DNA of 64,000 nucleotides from the human T2T-CHM13v2.0 reference genome, Homo sapiens. The DNA lies in the NCBI RefSeq assembly GCF_009914755.1, contig NC_060925.1, one strand, 5' to 3'. The notes beneath the pieces were generated by a model that had not been told where the DNA came from, did no database searches, and saw nothing but the letters and a program-made list of their open reading frames with translations. Of this stretch, positions 12,427 to 28,465 are shown piece after piece; position 1 is the first letter of the stretch; the number at the start of each line of letters is the position of its first letter. A program made the translations under genes and the position numbers.

Positions 12427-13789
12427 TACGTGTGTAGGCGTGTGTGTGTGTGTGTGTGTTAAGGGACAGTATTTTCAGAAACTTATTTCAGAGGGTACTT
12501 TGAGAAACTACTTTTGATAGCAATGTAGTGGGCAGATTGGAGCAGTTAGATCCAGTTGGATCAACTAAGATCCAATCTGATCTTCGTTGGATTAAAATAG
12601 GATTTTATTTTTGAGAATGGGGGATATCCAAGCATGACCAGAGGGTAAAGGGAAGGAACCCCTGGGTTTTCTGAGTGCAGGATCACGACCAGATGGTAAG
12701 GGAGGAGGAGATGAACAGCACATCTCATTGGGGGCCTGGTCAGCACTGGTATTGGAACCTCTCAGTAAAGTACCTGCTGAAGAGAGATGCCCTGGAGGAG
12801 CCGGCCTAGGCTGTGGATTCTGGGCCTTTAAGGCTGCTGTTAAAATCACTAACTGTGGGGTTTCAGCTAGGTGGGGAAACCAGAAAGAAAAAACAGGAGG
12901 GGCTAATGATAGACCCCTTGCATGCTCCAGAACATCTAACATGTTGTTCAAGTGGTATAATTGACATATTGATGATCAGACAGAAAATGCAGAGCACTGA
13001 ACGTTCGTCTCTTAGGACCCTAATTACCTCCTTTGTAAAACAACCCTTCAGATTCTGTTCAGCACTAGCAGCCTGTGAATCTGTCAGTGGAGAAACATAG
13101 GGACTTTAGAAAAGCTGGGTGCTTTCTGAAAACCCAAACAAACACCCACTGCCAGCATCCAACTCAGGAAGGTCATCCGATCCTGTCAGTGTGGGTACTT
13201 TGATCCATTTAGTTCTTATTCATTATTACTGATTCTTTGTAGGTAAAGTTTATAAGAAAGCAAACCAGCTAGGTTAGAGCGTGTTTCATGTTAACCTTTT
13301 TTTCCTTTCTCATTGCTGAAGAAAGTAGGGCACGTTGTTTGAACGGCATCTAGTCATGCTACAGCCTGCACCTAAAATTGCAGATGGGCCTTTCTGCAAG
13401 AATCCTTAATGCGTGAACAGAGATTCTTCATTTGTTCTTTATATCTGGTTATAAAAGAAAACAATCTCACAGTAAGCCTTAGGGTGGGCTGTAGATGAGG
13501 TAGACTTTGTGTGTAATGGAGCCCTTTCTATTTCCTGACATTAGTCACTGAAGGAAAACGCCCACATAATAATAAAAATAATACCTAACATCTGTTCAGC
13601 ACTTTGGAGCTCCCACTTGCCATATATATTCACATCCAGATATCAGAAGTCATATATGCGATGTTACACTCTAACTAATGAAAGCAAAGATAAGTATTGA
13701 ATATTTAGGGGCATGCATTTATTTAGGTAAGGATTTATGGCGAAGAGCAGGTTCCTTCTGTTTTTTCAGGCGTTGACATTGGGGAAGCG

Positions 13790-13990
13790 ATAGAGTGGAT
13801 AAGAACCGTGGAGTTAGACAAACATGGGTTCAAACCCCAACTCTAGAAGCAGGGTGACCTTTAGCAAGCTGTTTAATGTCTCAAAGATCCCAGCTTTCTC
13901 ATTGTAAACTAGAATTATAATTCCTCTCAGACTTGATGTGACAATGGAAAGAAATTAGGTTTATAAAACTCAGATACGCTTGGAACCAGA
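13790..13990 (+). mobile_element. MIR SINE
   Basis: tggagttagacaaacatgggttcaaacccc...gtgacctttagcaag...tttctcattgtaaa. Confidence 0.65.
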
Positions 13991-16900
13991 GAACGGCACA
14001 GTAACTGGTAATAACAATTACTTAAATGGTGTACTGTTGGATCTTGGCATCAGGAACCTTTCCTTGCCTTTGTGCCCTTAGACCCGAACTATTACAGTTC
14101 CCACCTACATTTCTCCTTTTAAGATGCTGTGTTTGCACTTTCTACCTCAGTCCCACTGATATCATGCTTGATGTTGCCTCCAGCTAAGTTATGACAGCAA
14201 CCTCCCAGACAATTGCTAGTATCTCTCATCCTCCCATCTCCCCACAACCACACCACAGATCTCATATACCATGGTATGACTATACATTCTAAACCTATTT
14301 TATGTTATTGTGAATCTGTACCATCTGTCTGCTGCCTATTAAATAAAACTACACTCCCTTTAAATTTTGATATCCTCTGAAATCTGGCAAAATCTTACCC
14401 TTTGACTTTATTTCTTATGACTACTCAGTACGAATTTTTGGCTTCATCCAGGGATCTTAACCTTAGACATAGAATGAACTCAGTTCTCCTCAGTGCCTTT
14501 GTTCATGGTGATCTTCCTGCCTAAAATGCTGCATATAGCATTGTTTATAAAGTATGGATGCATGGATGCATGTATTATGAGTCATAAAAGAAACATGAGG
14601 GCCCAGAAACACATTTTCCTTTTAAAGAATGATGAGGAAATCCATATCTAGACACATTCCTCTGCTTTCCATTTCATTTCCGCCTTGACAATTAATATCC
14701 TGACAGTGTTAGAATGCATTAACTTAATAATGGTGTGAATACATCCTAGTAAGGATAGTACCAGCGCATTTAACAGCCTGAAGAAAGAGATTTTAAGTTA
14801 GGGTGTTTGGAAAGGGCAAAAAGGCAATAGTAAGTTTCCTATATATGTGCACTAAGAAATATCTGTCTGGACCCATCAGAGAACCCTTATTCTACTGTTG
14901 CTGGTGTTTACTGTCTTCCTTAACGTTGTTTTCTTTGAGAGAATAAACACATTGTGCTTGGGCATCAGTGAAGACCTGGTGTGCAAAGAGTGCCCTGCTG
15001 TCTTTCTCTTACAAGATCCTCAATTCCTCAAACCATGGCTTCAGGCTGCAGGCTGTGGAGGCAGAATGGGCAAGGAGTCATTTTAAGTTCACTCCCTGGT
15101 TTCCTTTACATCAGTTTTCATAAGATGTAACCTGATGTGTCTTGGACCTATAGACAAATGCTATTTTGCTTGGTCTTCACAATGTAAAATTATTCTGGTT
15201 TGTTGAGATGCTTTACCTCACTTACTTGCATTTTTCCTTCTATTCCTTTACTCCTTAAAGAAAAGTTAAGGGGTGAGAGTGGGGAGAGGAATAGTAATGG
15301 GAGAATCTGTTCCATATTATACCTCATCCATAATGAATCTCATTGCCTTCGAAATTTTTCCTCCCATTTTTAAGAGTGTAGTGCCTCATCCATGGCAGTT
15401 AGTGGAAACTTAAATATCCTAAGATTTATCCTTTGCCAATTCATTTAGTCTCTGAAGAGTGAGAGACTCTTCTCAAGTCTCAAGACAGGGAGGTGCTCTT
15501 CTCAAGAGCCCCGGACGGGGGAGGTCATTTGTAACTTCTTAAGGGATGGAAGTTACATTTAGGATTTTCTTTTACCTCCAAGTTTCTTCTTAGAAGTTTA
15601 AGTAGTGGAAGAAGGATCTAGTAGCTCTTATACTGTAGCTTACTCAGTAAAATTTTTCCTTATCCAATAAGGTAAGTACTTGTAAAATCATAGTAGCAAT
15701 TAAGAGGCTGCTTCTCTCTTTCTGTTGGCATTCATTTATTGTAAAGACAAGAACATCTTTTTAGAAACCTTAAAGCACTTAATAATAAGCAATTTAAATA
15801 AGGTGAGAAGGAAGAAACATTTTCCTCAGTTTTTATCTCAAAACATATGGTGTATTCGCAGCCCATAAGTTGGCAGTAACAGCAGCCTATTTAATAAAAC
15901 GGAAATATGCACGTGAGGTTAATCAGGTCAAATAGAAGTATGCATATGTAGAATGATAACCTCGAAGAAAACTGCAAATTTATTCATGCAAAGAGTGGAG
16001 GGGAATGCCATAAATATTAACAGTGGTCCGAAACTTACCTGATTTTTTATTCTTTTACTTGTATGTATTTATATTTTCCAAATTTTCCTTATTGAATGTC
16101 ATTAACTTTATAATCAAAAAGTCACTTTTTAAAAAGACATTTTTAAAATGGGGCATTTTAATGTTTTTAAAAATGTTTTAAAAAGACATTTTTAAAAAGT
16201 GATGCCAAATGATGGGTGTGTGCTGATTTGGTGATTTGTTATTTAAATTTTATTTCTTAGAAGAAAAAAATGGGAGAAAAGTGTAAAATGTGGGAGAATA
16301 AATGATTAAATATGACTTGTTGAATATACTAGTCGTTTACATGGGCATAAATCTGGAAACCTCAGATATCTTGAAGGGTCACAAAGAGCCGATTTATCTG
16401 ATTAAGTTAATTAATACTTATGAAGTCCTTTGAGCAGTGCTTGGATATGATATGCCCTTTTTTATTGTTTTTATTTTCGTCATTATCACGCTTGGACACT
16501 AGCACATATTATAATACCTTATACGAATGGTAGCATTCACTAAATGCTTGTTGAGTGAATTTTTCTAGACTTTTCACAACTCTGGTTCATTTAGTAGTTG
16601 TGTCACATTTGGACTTTGATGCCTGGAACTGAACTGAACACAGAATGACACACATGATCTAACAAGTGCAGACTGACTGTCTCCTCCCCTGTCCTGGCCA
16701 TTGTCCTGGTAATAGTTTTTTGATGAGCAAGTCCCTTTGTTGCCTCATACCAAGCTTTCAACCTATGAAAACACTGAAGTATCTCATAGATGCAGTAACT
16801 AAACTAGTTATCTTTCCCTGATGTGTACTCTTGAATTTTTTAATCAAATTATTAACTTCCCTGGTAATCTAACCTTTTTTTTTGGTTTGGCCCACCTTTC

Positions 16901-17212
16901 AGCCTGTTAAGGTGTTTTCATTGCTAACTCTTTCTATCCTGTATAGTATCCTCTTAAGCCTTATGCAATCAAAATTTCTGCAGCAGTATCATGAATTTAA
17001 AATATGGGATAGGAGGAGAGCCCTATGGCATGGCATTCTTCTTCTTATTTTCTTTATAATGTTACCACCTCAGTTATTTAGTTTGTTGGCTAATGACAGA
17101 TTAGGGAGCCACAGGGTGGGAGGTTTCTTAGAAGAGGGGTGGACTGATCATACCCTGAGTTTATTATCTGATGCCACAGGAGAAAACAGAAAAGATGTAA
17201 AAAGGCACCAAG

Positions 17213-18813
17213 GGAGACGTGACACTGTGCATTTGTCAAAACCCATAAAACTTTACAGCACATATATTGAACATTAATGTATCCAGATTTTTAAAAGCCA
17301 TTTAGGAGGTTGGAGGATCCCAGGATGAAATTCAGACTATGACAAAAGAATCCAACTGTATTACAAAGTACAGAATAAACTCACTGAAGAAAGTGAATGA
17401 AAAAGGGTTACCGACTTAAATAACTTAGGAACTATATGCAAGCACTATACTCTATTCGATAAAGTTGTTTCCCATGAGGATATAAGTTAATGATTCTGAA
17501 ACTATTATATATGTACACTGGAATTGAATAATAAGTAAATGGATAGTGGATGATGAGGGCCTTGGTTTCTCACTTTGGAATGGAAAGTTATAGATAAGCA
17601 AGGAGGGAAATGATCCATGTGGTAATGGATTTGAATTGGAGATACCGATATGAATTCATGTTTAGCTTGATATAGATACAAAATACAAAGAAATATTTAT
17701 AGATATGTGTATATACACAAGTTAGTACGCACACAATTTCTTCGCTGTGTCACCTGAGAGAGCCTAAAAGCAGCAATATCCCAGCAGCAACAAGCATATC
17801 TGGCATCCAGATCTTGGTTTCTAATACCATTATCCTGTGAAAGCCACCAGGTCTCCTGGCCGAATGACAGATTCCAGATTCTAGAGCGGGGGCAGGGAAT
17901 GTGCAAGATGAACTTGGAGCATCTTGTAGTGCTGGAAAGTAAGGAAGAGCTTAACAAACCCACAATGACGAAGGTTTATCAGAGGGACACAGGAGTTACT
18001 GAAATAGCTCACAGTGGCCAAAGATGAAATAATTTGAGCAACAAAATAAAGTAGTAATGAACTGTAACCCAAACTATGAAATATGTACCCATCCTGATAT
18101 AAATAAATGATTGAATCAATAAATAAATGAGGGAAATAGACAAATCTGTGCAGAAAAATTCCAAATGATTTATGTAGGTATTCCACTCTCAAAGAAGTGG
18201 GTTATAATACTTGTCATTTCCTTAAGTGTGGGCTGTGCATGGTGACTTCCCTCCAAAGAGCAATGTGGGAAGGCAGAGAAACCTGACAAATACTGCTCTA
18301 GTCTGGTGAGCAAGGTTAACATCAGTGGTGGTAAGTCAGGCTAGTGTTTATGCTTGATATGATGTGATGAGAATGGCACTTTACTTCTGGGGTCTTACTC
18401 CCAGAAACCTATAATTTCAGGCTAATCATGAGAAAAGCATGAGACTAATTCCAGTTGGTGGTCATTCTATAAAATACCTGACCAGTACTCCTCAAAACTG
18501 TCAAGGTTATCAAAAACAAGGAAAATCTGAGGAACTCTCTCAACCAAAAGGAACCTAAGGAGATATGAGTAATAAATGTAATATGGTATCCTGGATGGGA
18601 TCCTGGAACAGAAAAAGAACATTAGGTAAAGACCAAGGAAATCTGCAAAAAGTGTGGGCTTTAGTGGATAATATATTTTTATTGGTCTGTGAATTGTGAC
18701 TAATGTATGATATTATTAATGGGTGGAGTATATTGTAACTCCTGGCAGTAACTTAAATTTCCTCTAAATCTAAAACTATACTGTTTAAATGTTTGTTTAA
18801 AAAAAAAAAAAAA
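17213..18813 (+). mobile_element. L1MC-family (L1MC3-like) 3' UTR fragment ending in a poly(A) run
   Basis: tgcatttgtcaaaacccataaaact, cagatcttggtttctaataccatt, ggagcatcttgtagtgc and ggatcctggaacagaaaaagaacattag are L1MC/L1MD 3' UTR motifs. Confidence 0.75.
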
Positions 18814-18816
18814 GGC

Positions 18817-19434
<618 letters not shown>

Positions 19435-19814
19435 GCCTTGAGGATTCCAAAAACATTGTAGGAGAGGGCAGCATACCACACCCTAGGAGCCTGGGGGCCT
19501 CCGTGTTACAAAAGTGTTGATTGATGCTCTTGATAATGGAGCTGAGTCATCAAGAACAGGTTCAACTTTGTCCTGAGAACCACTAATTCAGGGATGTTCT
19601 CACTACATTTTCCTGGTTACAGCCAACTTTTTGGTATTTATAGCCCCAGGCTTTGTATGCTATATCATTCATTCAGTCTTTTTCCTGACATGGTTTAACC
19701 TAGGAGGCTCAATATGTAGAATTCATGTCTGAGTCAGCCTCTCCGTATCCCCTTTATCTCCTGGCAGAATCTCTGGTTCCTGGCTCAGGCACATCCATGT
19801 TTTTGATTTTTGAT

Positions 19815-20885
<1,071 letters not shown>

Positions 20886-21733
20886 TTTTTAGTAATAATG
20901 ATAACCACAATAATGTTGATTATAATTATAATGGTACCCAACATTGTTATTATGACTTGCTTTGTGCCTGGCACAGTGCTGAGTTCTTGGTTTCACTTTT
21001 ATAACACCTTCTTAATTAGCTCATCTGTCTGCAAGAGTTGTATTTCCTGGAGCACCCTCTCCAGCCTTTCCTTTCCCTTTGTTCCTGTAACTTTCATTTG
21101 CCCCTCTGTCATCATCCCCCTGCCCTCTGTATTAACAACTCTGGGTTCTCTCACTCCATACTAGACTTTGGTCTCTTATCTCTGTATCTCCGGTTCCATG
21201 TATAATGTCCATCACATCATAAGTGCTCAGAAACTGTTATTGAATGAAATAATTTGTTTTGAGCCTGTGTAACCCCAGTTCATCCTACCTGAGCATGCTA
21301 CATTGTTCCGTTTCACATTCTGATAATTGTTCTTTAGTGGTCAAGCCATATGTTTGCCCCATATGAAGCTCACAATGATAAAATGCTGGATATTTCACAG
21401 TGCTGCTGCTGTTAAGCCAGGTGTCCTGAACGCCCTCGCTCCATGTTTGAGTTTTTAAATTATGTACAAGGCTTTAGGCTGATCCCTGTTAAATATCATC
21501 TTGTTTGTTTTAGCCTGCCTTTTCAACCTATGGAGATCTTTTTGATACCTGATTCTGTTCCCCAGCCCATTTGCTATCCTTTTCAGCATTGTGTGATTTA
21601 AAATTTTTCATCTTCCAAATGATTGATAACAGTGTGGGATAAGGTAGGACCAAGTTCCCCGCTTGGCATTATTTAGCACTCTAGGTGCAGTCATTTGACC
21701 TGTAAGGAATCTACAGAACCGTCACTAGATTGA

Positions 21734-22037
<304 letters not shown>

Positions 22038-22174
22038 GTAGATTGATATTTCTGTCAAATTCACAAGGTTATTATATGTAACTTTGTTAAAACTTTCTTG
22101 AAATCAAGTAAAATTCAATCAGACAAAGTTTATTTGAAATTACATGTCCTCAGCTTTCAGTTGACATGTGGTTA

Positions 22175-22570
22175 ATTTGTTCATTCATTCATTTATTTAT
22201 TTATTAAACAGATAATCTATAAACATCTATATGACAGGTACTGTCCTAGGTGCTGAGAATAGAGTGTGAACAAAATAGACAGGATCTCAGCTTGTGGATC
22301 CATAAGCAACCAAAAACATAAACAAGATAATATAAAATAGCTGTAAAAGCTATGAAGAAATGAAATGAGATGGGGACTAATCAGGAAAGGCCTCAATGAA
22401 GAGGTGCCAGCTGAGCTAGGGCAGGAGTGTTGAGAAGAAGGGAACAATGAGAAGATCTGGGGAATGAACAGTCCTGCAGAGGGATGAGCACGTGCAGAGG
22501 TCCTGAGATACAGGTGAGCTTGGCATATTCAAAGAACTGAAGGGCAGCCAGTGGGCGAAAACATGGTTAT
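22175..22570 (-). mobile_element. L2 fragment
   Basis: ttcattcattcattt...gacaggtactgtcctaggtgctgagaatagagtgtgaacaaaatagac. Confidence 0.75.
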
Positions 22571-23187
22571 AGCTTTCAGTTACTTGAAAAATATTCGTTA
22601 TCACTTTTTTCCTAGAAAGCATCTAACTTCATGCTTAAAATTTGACTTTATTTGCTCATTTAACTAGGAAAAAAAAGGTAGACCAGAATTGCAAGGGAAT
22701 TAGCATATTTCCCCAGGAACAAAGTATTCTGAAAACAAAACAACAGAAAATACTGGAAATTATGCATTTTCAAGATTGATAAGAATGCTCTTGTTTTCCC
22801 AAGCATACATTTTTTCCCTGAAGTAGATACAGTGGAACCCATCTATATTGTAATGGGACATACGTTATTGTTCTGAATGCTTTAATATCTAGTATTTTAG
22901 AATGTCTTTTATACTGGATAGTAGTGTAAAATGCCTTGAGACATGCAGTTGGTTTTTAGACTTAAGACCTCTTGATGATTGCAGACTTACTCTTTTTTCA
23001 GTAGAGCATAGTGGAAACTAAAGAGTTTTTTAGATGAATATCTGGAGTAATTTAATTACCATTTTAATTGTTCTGTATTTGCAGATAATTGGTGATGTGA
23101 GTTTTTGACTGACTTGAGATTAAAATGTGCTAAACCCTTACCTGATAACTCTCATTAGAGCAATATATGCTGGAAGCAGAGGGCTCT

Positions 23188-23540
23188 TGTTATGGACTAA
23201 GTGTTTATGTCCCCCACAAAGTGTTGAAATCCTAACCCCAGTGTAATGGTATTAGGAGGTAGGGCCTTTGGAAAGTAATTAGGGCATGAGGGCTCTGCCC
23301 TCATGGATGGGATTCATGCTGTTATAAAAGGGACCCCAGAGAGTTCTCCTGCCCTTTTCTCACCATGTGAGGATAGACAGGGAAGTCAGCTGTCTGCAAT
23401 CTGGAAGAAGGCCCTCACCAAACTCGGCTGTGTTGGTACCCTGATCTTAGATTTCCAGATTCCAGAACTGTGAGGAATAAATGTTTGTCATTTAAGGCAC
23501 CCAGCCTGTGTAATCTGTAATAGCAGTTCAGACTAAGACA
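23188..23540 (+). mobile_element. MaLR solo LTR (MLT1A-like)
   Basis: TG...CA ends (tgttatggact...gactaagaca), ccctgatcttagatttccag...ccagaactgtgag and an AATAAA signal. Confidence 0.85.
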
Positions 23541-26359
23541 GCCCCATATTACTCACTCTCCATCTGAGAGTGAGCCGAGCACATAGCATTCTTGGCATCA
23601 GTAGCACAAGGGTATGAAGGGAAATGCTTGAAGATAACTGGAATGTATAGTAGAAATGTGATTCCTGTTTATCTCTGAGTGTTAACTTTCAGAACATAGG
23701 AAATTGAGATGCTCCCTTAAACATTCTTTTAGATAGCAATTTAGGGAGGCAAGCTGAACTTAAATCTTTTAGGAAATTGGACAGAGTCATAGCCCATTGG
23801 GTTTAGAGGTAGTATAAGAAAGGTTGCTGACATTATTTGGCTAAAGTGAATGGAGAACAGAGTAAACCAAGAAGATAGTGTTCATGTACATCATCAGCAC
23901 AATACTGAGTAAGCTGAAATATAGAAAAATAATGTATGCTTACTATTATTGGAATGTGAGTGACATAAGTAAATTTCATAAAGGGAATATAAGTCACCAC
24001 TCAAATAGTTGTTTCTTTCCTTTCCTTAAGATACAAGTGTTCCATATCTTACGGGTGAGTACAATATTGGCTGATGTGATACGGAAAATTCTGTCAAGTT
24101 CGGAGACAGCCATAGTGTTGAAAGTTCTGAGTGCTTTCAACACTATCAAATAGTGCTCATATTCTTTCATTGTCAGATTCCATGACCCAAGTGTGTCTGT
24201 AGGTGAAGGTCTCCCACCCCCACCCCACCCACTGATCACTCAGTAAGCAAGCAGGCTGATGTCTCAGTGCCTACAGTGAGCAGTGTTAACTGACTCCTGT
24301 ACTTGCTTGTCTGAGGACAGATAGGTGTGCTAGATAATTAACATTTTTTGGAAACAAAATTATTACATTATCCTAAAAATAAATCAACATACTGGGAACA
24401 CATGCAGGACTTTTGTATTACTACGCAAGAAAAGATAAGCCTACTATATTCATATAATATATTATGAAGTCTGTTAGATGACCTTAAATTTGTTCATTTT
24501 TCTTATTTGACAAGAGTTTTAAATCCCTATGTATTTACAGATTTGGCAGACTTGGTATGTTTTCTTCAAGCTATCATAAACAAGCAAATGGCTCAGAAAA
24601 ATTCCCAGCTAGGTAATTTTATCTCAAATATCTGCTTAATTTCAAAGGCAACTTGAGTTAGCCCTGTGCAAACTCAAAACACTGTGTGTAAATATATGTG
24701 TAATAATTTTTTTTCTACGTACCACATGTATCTTCTAAGTAGCATAATGTTGCTTTTAAAGATGTACTGTTTGTTTTTTTACTTTTAATTTTCTATGTGA
24801 ACAAATTTGACATGTACTTTTAAAAATTAAAATATCTTCAAGTTTCTATTCATATATAATATTTCATTTTAGGCAACAATTGAACTTCTGAAAAGTTGAT
24901 GAGACGTTGAACTTCTGTAAGCTAAATTATTTTTAGATGTCTTGAAAGAACTCTAAGAAGATGAATAATCATACCAATTTTTTTCATGATTTTAGTAATC
25001 TCTTTATCATGTTTCTTAAAGCAGTTTACATCTATGTATAATTTGTGAGGCCCAGGATAGAATGTCTCTGAGTCTGATACTCCAGAGTAGCATACTCAGC
25101 TCTACAGGGAAAACTTTTCCATAGGAAACATCAGAAAAGGAAAGGTATGACAGCACATGTTTATTAAACATATTACATAATATATGTCTCCTCCTGACAG
25201 GCAAGCGTTAGAACCTTTATTAGACATTGTCATCTTAATATAATGTAATGTCCACAAATACATTCTCTAATAGACAAGAAATGATACATGAGTTTTAGGT
25301 TTCCAGACTAACAACCCAAAATCTATGGCTTAAGTGGCTTTGTATAAATACATGGCCAATAACGGCATATTGCCGGGACTTGGAGCAGAGGTAAGAGTGT
25401 GGGGAGAGGATCAGCCTTGAAGACTCCCTTGTGGGTGAGTGGGAGGGTAGAGGGGTGGATGAAGGTGGTAAAGGATAGATGGGAAGAGGCCAGGAGGTGG
25501 GGAAGGGAGGGGTCGTAAACTTTGGTTCTGGAGGAGCCCTTAGAGATCGTGTCGTCTGACATCATCATTGCACAGAAGGGGAAGCAAGATAAAAATGTTT
25601 ATGTGCCTGGCTCGTGGTCACGTAGCTAGTGGCCAAGCAGGACCTAGAATGCAGATTTCTGACTCCCAGCACACTTTACACACTGGGAGTTTGCTAAGAG
25701 TAGCTGAGAAATACACACAGTGGCTTGGCAGGGAGAGAGAGGCTGTGAAGACTTAACACAGGTGAGGGGTGTTCAGGCCGAGGGTAGGGCAAGCTCCTGT
25801 GTGAAGATCAGGGTTTACCACCCCTGGAGGACAAAGGTAGTGAGAACCCAGCACAGAGGTCAGGACTGTAGTCAAATAGATTAGCATTCAGGACAGAGTC
25901 CAGTCTAAGAGCGGGAAATCGCCATATCACACTAGTGATGATAATAATTACTCTTTCTTTCTCCCTTTCTGTCTTTCTCCCTTTCTCTCTCTCTGTCTCC
26001 TCTCTTTTCTTGTGAATCATAGTTGTTAATAAACAAGCTAAATCTATATAGTGCGAAATAAACATATTCACATATTCTCAAAAAAAATTACTACTTGTTG
26101 GATGCCTATTGTGCATTAGACATTAGGCTAGACACTTTATTGCAGCATAATCATTTAATTGTCATAATAATCCCTTTGGAAAGGTGTGGTGGTTCAGTTT
26201 TTGCAGATGGGGGTGCTGATTGATATTCAGAGAGTTAAATAATTTACTTGAAGTCAGCAGAGTGTATTAGAAACTATTCATTACTTTGGGACCAGAGAGG
26301 CAGAAGGAAATCCAAAGGAAGAGAAGTATGCAGATGTGTTCAGATACACACTTTGATGA

Positions 26360-26950
26360 TAACTATTGATGTATGTACATCTCTCTTGGCTATGCTATAG
26401 GAATACCTTAAGTAATTCAGTGGCAATATACCTTCTTGCTAGTATTTTAATAGTATAGATCGGTTAATGAATTATCTTAGAAACATTATACTTGGTGTAT
26501 TCTGTTGCTTTATGGTTTCATTTTAGGTTGAGTATTAAGGGAACACAGTATTTTAATCGGGACTCTGCCAGTGCTTTTATCTACAGGCCTGTTGCCATTT
26601 TTGTCTTCTGTGAAATTTTTGTCACAAGAAAGGCGAGATTATGTTTTTTCCTAGCAGATTGAGTTGGTGTAGTATATTCTTGGTTATCAAAATACTTACA
26701 TAGATTTGAGATTTTGAATTGGTAAATATTCATGTGGTGTTTAAAAGCATGATACATATTGCACAATCTTAATCCCATTAAATTGGATGCTGTGTCTATA
26801 CACACGCAGGACCTAGGAGGACACGTCAAACTGTAAACTGCTTGTGATTGTGGATAACTTTGTTCTTTGCTTCTTGTGTTTTTCAGTTTCCTATCAGGCA
26901 TATATTAACTTTTTTTAAAAAAGGTTATTTTTAATAACCTGAAAAAAAAA
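26360..26950 (+). pseudogene. Probable retrocopied mRNA 3' UTR fragment (parent gene not identified)
   Basis: About 600 bp of U-rich, 3' UTR-like sequence with no TE motifs, ending in a possible decayed poly(A) signal and an A9 run at 26942-26950. No clear TSD found. Confidence 0.5.
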
Positions 26951-28284
26951 CTGATTTGCTGAAGGTCAATAGTTTGCTCTGAGAGAGGACACCATGATTT
27001 GAACTGGTCTGCCTTAGCCAAATCTCATTTGATTTCTGCAGTGCTATGTTGCCCTCCCAGAATCACAGATAAAAGTGGTGGGCAGCCGAGGTGCAGTGGA
27101 GGTAGAGGCTGGGACAAGGTGCATCCCGGTGAGTGCCTGGTACAGGGAAGGAGCAGCATGGTCATGGTGTGATAATTGGAGGCCACCTCTCCTAGCACAG
27201 CAGATAACAGAAGGAATTCCCACCTAACCGCCATACTCGCTCCTAAGCAGCTGAATAAAGATGTCTCTGATATGTGGCTGAACCTCTGTATGTGGTTTAG
27301 TGCTCACAGGCAGCCGATACTGAGAGGAAAAACCTTGGGTTCCTAAAACTTTTAAAACATTGAATACGAGCCAGTAAGCAGTCATTGGTATACTGCAGTT
27401 ATTGTACCAGAGTTAACTGATGCTGTAGAAGTGAGGCCACCACATTTATCAAATCTAAAAGCAATTCATGGGAGGATGGTGAAAAATGGAAAACCGCAAC
27501 CTGATGAGGAATCGTGAAATATCTACGTGTGGATGTTTAGCCTTGTACTCCACCTCTATGGGGAAGGGAAGGAAAGCGTTATTCATTGAGCATCTCACAA
27601 TGTTCCAGATATTAGATGCTTGCCAATCCTCGCAAATTCTACGAAGGAAATACTCTCACTTCCTGTGGATCAGGACATTGAAGCTCAGAAAGAGCTCATT
27701 TGCTGTGGATCACATAGCTAGTAAATGGATTCACACCCAGATATGCCTGAATTCAGAGTCAAGTGGAAGAGGAATTAGACTTAAATCTGAGTGGCCCCAG
27801 CAGCAAGGCTAGGATCAGTGAGTGTAAAGGAGAGATCGGTTAATTTCATAGACTGATCCAAAAGAACTTTCTTGTAATAAGTGCTGTTCCCGAAATCAAG
27901 CAAAGTACCTTAAACACAGATACACATACACAAACAGCTTTACTAAGATTTAATTTACATACTGTAATATTCACCTGTTCTAAGCATACAACTACAAAGT
28001 ACCTTTTAAGGTAGTACATTTCCTGTCATTAGAAATGTTTGTGCAGAAAGGGCTGGAAAATCTCCCAGATAGAGTAGAGGAATGTTGTGTTTCCATCTCT
28101 ATGAAAGCCAGTGTTGAGTAACTCAAAAGCAGTGTCCATACTGTGATGTGCTGAGTGGCTGTTTACTTAAGTGTTTTAAATGTCGCTGGATGTAAAGGAA
28201 AGGAAAGTTCCAAAAGGTGTTCCAGTTGGGCTTTTCATCTTAAATTTAGATCAACGAGATGAGCTCTTCAGCTTCGGAAACACC

Positions 28285-28465
28285 CAGGCCTTTCATTCTG
28301 GCTGCATACTACAGTTGCAGAGGAACTTTTCAACAATTCAGGTGTAGATTCAAGGGCCTACCCTAGGTCCACTAAGTTGGTACCTCCGGGGGTGTGGCCT
28401 AGCATTACATTAGTTTCTGAGGCCACCCCGCATTATTCTAGGGTGCAGCTGTGCTGAAAACCACT
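28285..28465. mobile_element. MER5A/B-like MITE
   Basis: ctggctgcatact...ttattctagggtgcagctgtgctgaaaaccact. Confidence 0.55.
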
